Shown here piece after piece: positions 59,739 through 64,000 of a stretch of DNA of 64,000 bases. Numbering within the stretch: the stretch's first letter is position 1; every line of letters starts with the position of its first letter. This stretch comes from Polyangiaceae bacterium (GTDB lineage Bacteria > Myxococcota_A > Polyangia > Polyangiales > Polyangiaceae). The stretch is taken from NCBI GenBank assembly GCA_965222375.1, contig CBDCTZ010000014.1:32001-96000 (forward strand), read 5' to 3'. Both the position numbers and the translations under genes were made by a program. The notes under the pieces were generated by a model. It did no database searches. It was not told the origin of the DNA and saw nothing but the letters and a program-made list of their open reading frames with translations.

Positions 59739-61459
59739 CACTGTTGCACTTTCACGTAGAGAAATGCGTCGCTGAGGGCGACAGCCAGTATGAGGTCCAA
59801 CACTCTGCCGCTCTTGGAGAGCGCATCGGTGAGTTGATTCATGCTCTGCGCGTCTTCGTCTTGAGGCGAGCGGGACAGCGCATGTTCGAACCAGTGCTGC
59901 GCAAAGCACTGCTGAACCATCGGGCTTTGGCTGAGCTGCACGGACATTTCAACTCCGCCGTTGACGCTGATCGCTTCGACGATTTGGTCGTCGCTGTAAA
60001 CCGGGAAGCTCCCACTGGCGTCGACGCTCAATGAGAACTGACCGTCGGGGCCGGACCCGGTTTCCTTGTCGTGATAGCGCCCCAAGGCATCGTAGTTTTC
60101 GAAAGCGAACCCGATGGGGTTCAGGACTTGGTGGCAGCCGCTGCAGCCGGGTCCGGTCGTCTTGGCCTCGACATCCTGCCGCACGGTCCGCTCCACGGTC
60201 TTGCCGTTCTCCACCACGGCGCCTCCGGTCACCGGCGTGTCGTTGGCGTTCGGGGGAGGCTCTCCCAAGTGCACGCACAAGGCCTTCTCCAAAAGGAAGG
60301 CACCGCGACGGATGGGCGACTTCACGTCGGCGCCAGCGTAGAGAGTCGTGAACGCAGCCCGGGTAAACAACCCGGCGCGCTGCTCCATCGGCAGGGTCAC
60401 CCACTCGAAGTTCTGCTCACCTTTGGGACCGCTGACGCCGTACAGGTCGGCCAGGGGCTCGTTTACGTAGCCTTCATTCGTGGTGAGCAGCGTCGACAGC
60501 TTGCCGTCGCCATCGAACACGACTCGCTGCACGAGCGCCTCGATTTCTTTGCGCATGGCGCCCCGCAGGGATGGGCTGTCCTCGGGGAACACCTGGGGAT
60601 TCTTTGGTGTTTCGAGCAACGAGTGGTGCAACGCCGTGCCGTCCAGCTCTAGCCAGTTGATGAAGAACTCGACCACGCGAGCTTTGGCGCGCGGATCCGC
60701 CAGCAAGCGCTCGGCCTGCGCCCTCACGCCTGCCTGGGTATCCATTGCGCCCTGCTCAGCCGCTGCGAGGAGCTCCGGATCTGGGGTCGTGTTCCACAGA
60801 AAGTAGGAAAGGCGAGTAGCCCGCTCGAAGCCCGTGAGCGCCTTGACTCCGGGGGCGAGCTTACCCGTCGCCGGCTGCCCGACTTCCAGGAAGTAGAGGA
60901 ACTGGGGCGACTGCAACATGACCTGCAGCACGGTGAAGAGACTGTCCCGGAAGCCCTGGTCCTTTCGTGCGCTGTCGTACACGCCTCGCAGCCACGTCTT
61001 TTCTTCTGCCGTCAGCGGCCGGCGAAATGCGCGCATGCCGAAATCCTCGATGAAGCTCTCGGCGCAAGAATCGTCAGCTGCGCCAGAGGTGTCGCAGGGG
61101 AAGACCGGATCTCCCCAGCTGGAATGGTTGGTCGTTACGCTCTCTGCGGCGGTGTTGAACTTCTCTGCGGCCAAGCGCGACACAGCTTCGCCGGTGTCTT
61201 CGTCCAGGCCGAGGGTCAGGCTTGGCGCGGCAAATAGATCGCGAACGCTGTTCTCGTATTGGACCGGTGTCATTCGGGTCAGGCCCGTGGCGGCCGCGTT
61301 CACGACGTCGGGAGGTGTTGGGCCGCCGGGGCCTTCACTGCCGGAGCCGGAACTTCCGCCGGGATCGGAGATGACGGCGGTGCAGGCGCTGAGCCCCATT
61401 GCGCCAGCCACGGCCAGGAGCCCAATACCGGCAGAAGTTGTGCAGATGCGCCGAGCCAT
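59738..61459 (-). CDS. DUF1592/DUF1588-family lipoprotein with CxxCH
   Basis: RAFRRPL, LQSPQFLY, RLSYFLW..PD, SPIRRG, CSGCH, GFAFENYD. Confidence 0.9.
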   Translation of the reverse strand: MARRICTTSAGIGLLAVAGAMGLSACTAVISDPGGSSGSGSEGPGGPTPPDVVNAAATGLTRMTPVQYENSVRDLFAAPSLTLGLDEDTGEAVSRLAAEKFNTAAESVTTNHSSWGDPVFPCDTSGAADDSCAESFIEDFGMRAFRRPLTAEEKTWLRGVYDSARKDQGFRDSLFTVLQVMLQSPQFLYFLEVGQPATGKLAPGVKALTGFERATRLSYFLWNTTPDPELLAAAEQGAMDTQAGVRAQAERLLADPRAKARVVEFFINWLELDGTALHHSLLETPKNPQVFPEDSPSLRGAMRKEIEALVQRVVFDGDGKLSTLLTTNEGYVNEPLADLYGVSGPKGEQNFEWVTLPMEQRAGLFTRAAFTTLYAGADVKSPIRRGAFLLEKALCVHLGEPPPNANDTPVTGGAVVENGKTVERTVRQDVEAKTTGPGCSGCHQVLNPIGFAFENYDALGRYHDKETGSGPDGQFSLSVDASGSFPVYSDDQIVEAISVNGGVEMSVQLSQSPMVQQCFAQHWFEHALSRSPQDEDAQSMNQLTDALSKSGRVLDLILAVALSDAFLYVKVQQ

Positions 61460-61549
61460 AGAGGCAGATTGACCGAGATCAAGCGGCCTCCGCCATTACA
61501 GAGAGTGCGCGAATACGCGCAAATCCTTGAAAACACTCGGACCATGCGC

Positions 61550-62737
61550 TCAGAGGGGTGCAACTTCGGCGATGATGCTGGCCAGATACAAGCCAGCGGG
61601 GAAGGCGGCGGGTACCGGGTGATCCGCGCCCTGAAACCAGCGTTCCAAGACGATGGGTCGGGTGCCCACATCCCGCCCACCCAAGGCCAGGGCGCGGGTG
61701 AGTTCGTCCACGCCAATCGCTGCGGAGCAGGAACAGAGTACGAGCAGCCCCCCGGGGCGCGTTGCGCTCGCTCCCGCAGCCGCCAGTCTCCGCATCGCAC
61801 CTTCCGCGCGCTTCTTGGCGGCGCGGCTAGGCGCCATCTTCGGTGGGTCACAAACGACCAACTCGTACCCCCCTTGGCGACCGGCTCGAGCCAAGACGTC
61901 ATGGGCGTCGGCCCGTTCGAAATGCAGGCTATCGCCAAGTCCGTTCAACTTTGCCTGCTCGGCTGCAACTTCAACGGCAAGGGCGTTCTCGTCCACTGCG
62001 AGGACTTCTGTTGCACCACCTCGCGCGGCTCCCATCGCAATCGCGCCGACGTAAGTGAAGGTGTCGAGCACCCTGCGTCCCTTGGCCAGGGTCTCGATCC
62101 GTGCGCGCAGCGGACGCTGGTCGACATAGAAGCCAGTTTTCTGACTCAGCTCCAGCGGTATGTTGAAACGCAGCCCGAGCTCGGTGAACTCGAGCGCGTT
62201 CCGCTCGGCTCCCCGGACGACGCCCTTGGCCGCGCGGAATCCCTCCGTGCGTGCGGCCTTCTCCGAGCTTCGATCGACAATGCTGCCAGGGGAGAGCAAG
62301 CGCTCCAGGGCGTCGAGGATGATGCCTTCCCGACGCTTCATGCCGATGGTCGCGAACTGCACCGCGATGGTGTCGCCGAAGCGATCGACGATCAGCCCGG
62401 GTAGGTCGTCGCCTTCGGCGTGGACCAGTCGATAGGCGTTGGTCTGCTCCGAGGGCAGGCCGAGGCTCTGGCGGCGGGCGATGGACGCCTCGATGCGTCC
62501 GGCGAACCAGCCCGGGTCCAGAGCCGTGTCCCGGGAGCGGGTGCAGAGGCGCACTACGATCGCGGATCCAGGAGAATACAAGCCTCGCCCAAGGAAATTG
62601 CCGCGCTCATCCACCACGTCCACTTCGTCCCCAGAGGTGGCTCCGCCGCTGATTCGCGCCACGGCCTGGGCGAAAACCCACGGGTGCCCGGCCCAGACGG
62701 GCTGAACGTGACCTGCTTTTACCGTGACCGTGGGCAC
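61550..62737 (-). CDS. rlmI: RlmI-like SAM-dependent rRNA methyltransferase
   Basis: GHPWVF PUA, EGDDLPGLIVDRF, QKTGFYVDQR, DPPK, CSCS, DHP. Confidence 0.88.
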   Translation of the reverse strand: MPTVTVKAGHVQPVWAGHPWVFAQAVARISGGATSGDEVDVVDERGNFLGRGLYSPGSAIVVRLCTRSRDTALDPGWFAGRIEASIARRQSLGLPSEQTNAYRLVHAEGDDLPGLIVDRFGDTIAVQFATIGMKRREGIILDALERLLSPGSIVDRSSEKAARTEGFRAAKGVVRGAERNALEFTELGLRFNIPLELSQKTGFYVDQRPLRARIETLAKGRRVLDTFTYVGAIAMGAARGGATEVLAVDENALAVEVAAEQAKLNGLGDSLHFERADAHDVLARAGRQGGYELVVCDPPKMAPSRAAKKRAEGAMRRLAAAGASATRPGGLLVLCSCSAAIGVDELTRALALGGRDVGTRPIVLERWFQGADHPVPAAFPAGLYLASIIAEVAPL

Positions 62738-62836
62738 ATAACAGCGAGTAGCTCTGGATCCACGTGGCTGTAAACGGCGCTCCACACAGGATCGGGAAAA
62801 AATGCCGTTTCTCCGAAGATTCGAGCGGGTGGCACC

Positions 62837-62852
62837 TGGCACTCAGGTTGCT
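62837..62852 (+). promoter_or_regulatory. Sigma-54 -24/-12 promoter
   Basis: TGGCACtcaggTTGCT, 37 nt upstream of ATG at 62890. Confidence 0.6.
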
Positions 62853-62889
62853 ACCGTTAGGCAGCTGTCGCTTTTATAAGGAAGCCGAA

Positions 62890-63747
62890 ATGCCGCGCAG
62901 CCTGCTTTGTCCCATATTTGCCAGTGTCATTGTATTTGCGCCCTCCCTCGCCCAGGCGGAGGAGGAGCCCGAGTGCCCGCCTGGGGGATGGTTTTGTGAA
63001 GAGACCCCCCCTGGCGAAGAGGAACCCGAGGTCGAGCCTGAAGTCGAAGCGGAGACCAAGGAGGGCACTGACAAGCCCGTGGTGGTCACCAAGACCGAGA
63101 AGGACGGCACTCGGAAGATCCTGATCATCGACAAGCCCGACAAGAAGCCGCCGAAGAAGAAGAAGCGCCGCAAGAAGAAAGAGTGGGGCTTCAACTTGCA
63201 TTTGCAGGGCGTGCTGATGGGGCGCGCCGACAGCGAGCATCGCCAGGAGCCCCATGACAACGCTGCCATGGGAGGCTTCGGGTTCAGCCTGCGCTATCGG
63301 CCGGTCCCCCATTTTGCATTCGACGCCGGCTTGGACTTCATCGGTGGCATCGACTACCTCGGCAACGAGCGCGGTGAGACTGCCTTGCTGCTGAACGGCA
63401 TGGTGTTCATCAATCCGAAAGACAAGGTCCAGGTCTACGCCTTGGGTGGCCTGGGCTTCAGCGGGGCCAACGTCAATCGACGCAATCGTACGGAGCTTGC
63501 GGACGGAACCTTGGTCGAGACCGAAGAACGCGTGGAGTACAGCTACTTCGGCGGGCAGTTGGGTGTGGGGGTCGAGTTTCGAATCGGCAAACGCACGGCC
63601 CTCAACCTCGACATGCTCGGCTTCGTACGTGGCCGTACCGACGAACGGGCCCGGACCGAGCCTGAATTCATCGATCCCGAGACGGGCCGCACCACGAATA
63701 CCTCCGGCGGCGGCTTGTTCCGCGGAGGTATCACCTTCTACTGGTGA
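62890..63747 (+). CDS. Outer-membrane beta-barrel protein
   Basis: Signal peptide, amphipathic strands, C-terminal GITFYW. Confidence 0.85.
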   Translation: MPRSLLCPIFASVIVFAPSLAQAEEEPECPPGGWFCEETPPGEEEPEVEPEVEAETKEGTDKPVVVTKTEKDGTRKILIIDKPDKKPPKKKKRRKKKEWGFNLHLQGVLMGRADSEHRQEPHDNAAMGGFGFSLRYRPVPHFAFDAGLDFIGGIDYLGNERGETALLLNGMVFINPKDKVQVYALGGLGFSGANVNRRNRTELADGTLVETEERVEYSYFGGQLGVGVEFRIGKRTALNLDMLGFVRGRTDERARTEPEFIDPETGRTTNTSGGGLFRGGITFYW

Positions 63748-63759
63748 CCCGAGTCACCC

Positions 63760-64000
63760 TCACTTGGTGTTGAAAATCAACGGGTAACTCACCGTCACGA
63801 GCCCACCCTTGGGGGCCGGGAACATCATGGCGCGGAAGGCGCGCTTCACGCAGTTGTCCAACTTGGGGCGTCTGCTGGTCTTGCTGAGAGTCACGGTCTT
63901 GACCCGGCCGTCTTTGCCAATGATGAACCGAGTCACGATCTTCGCGTTGAAGGGCTTGCCGCTCACGAGTTCCTGGTTGTAGCAAGCGCGAATCCGGCTG
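63760..64000 (-). CDS. TonB-C/AgmX-like C-terminal domain protein, 5' end outside window
   Basis: RIRACY, F.IG.DG.V, CV....FPAPKGG.VTVSYPL.F. Confidence 0.8.
   Translation of the reverse strand, partial: SRIRACYNQELVSGKPFNAKIVTRFIIGKDGRVKTVTLSKTSRRPKLDNCVKRAFRAMMFPAPKGGLVTVSYPLIFNTK

Overview
GC-rich window with the gene content typical of a myxobacterium (Polyangia/Sorangiineae-like, inferred from gene content): many Gly-linker, Cys-rich lipoproteins, four Ser/Thr kinases each next to a TPR/PEGA-type gene, an ECF sigma cassette, PilZ proteins, a DUF1592/DUF1552 pair, and housekeeping genes (mdh, pfkA, cyclophilin, RlmI-like methyltransferase). The strongest signal is an IS110-family (IS1111-type) element at 34725-36391 on the minus strand. 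Its transposase is broken by an internal deletion, but its ends, 2-nt core, circle-junction promoter (TTGACA-17-CATAAG) and a downstream bridge/seek RNA can all be read from the sequence. The internal-loop guides of that RNA match the REP-like repeat into which the element inserted, and a second, empty copy of that repeat lies at about 51827-51931. Other observations: a diverged, internally deleted second copy of the mdh 3' end, a 7x33-bp intergenic array, many apparently leaderless genes including a symmetric bidirectional promoter, and two further broken genes. No rRNA, tRNA or CRISPR array was recognised. All calls were made by eye from motifs, without database searches.
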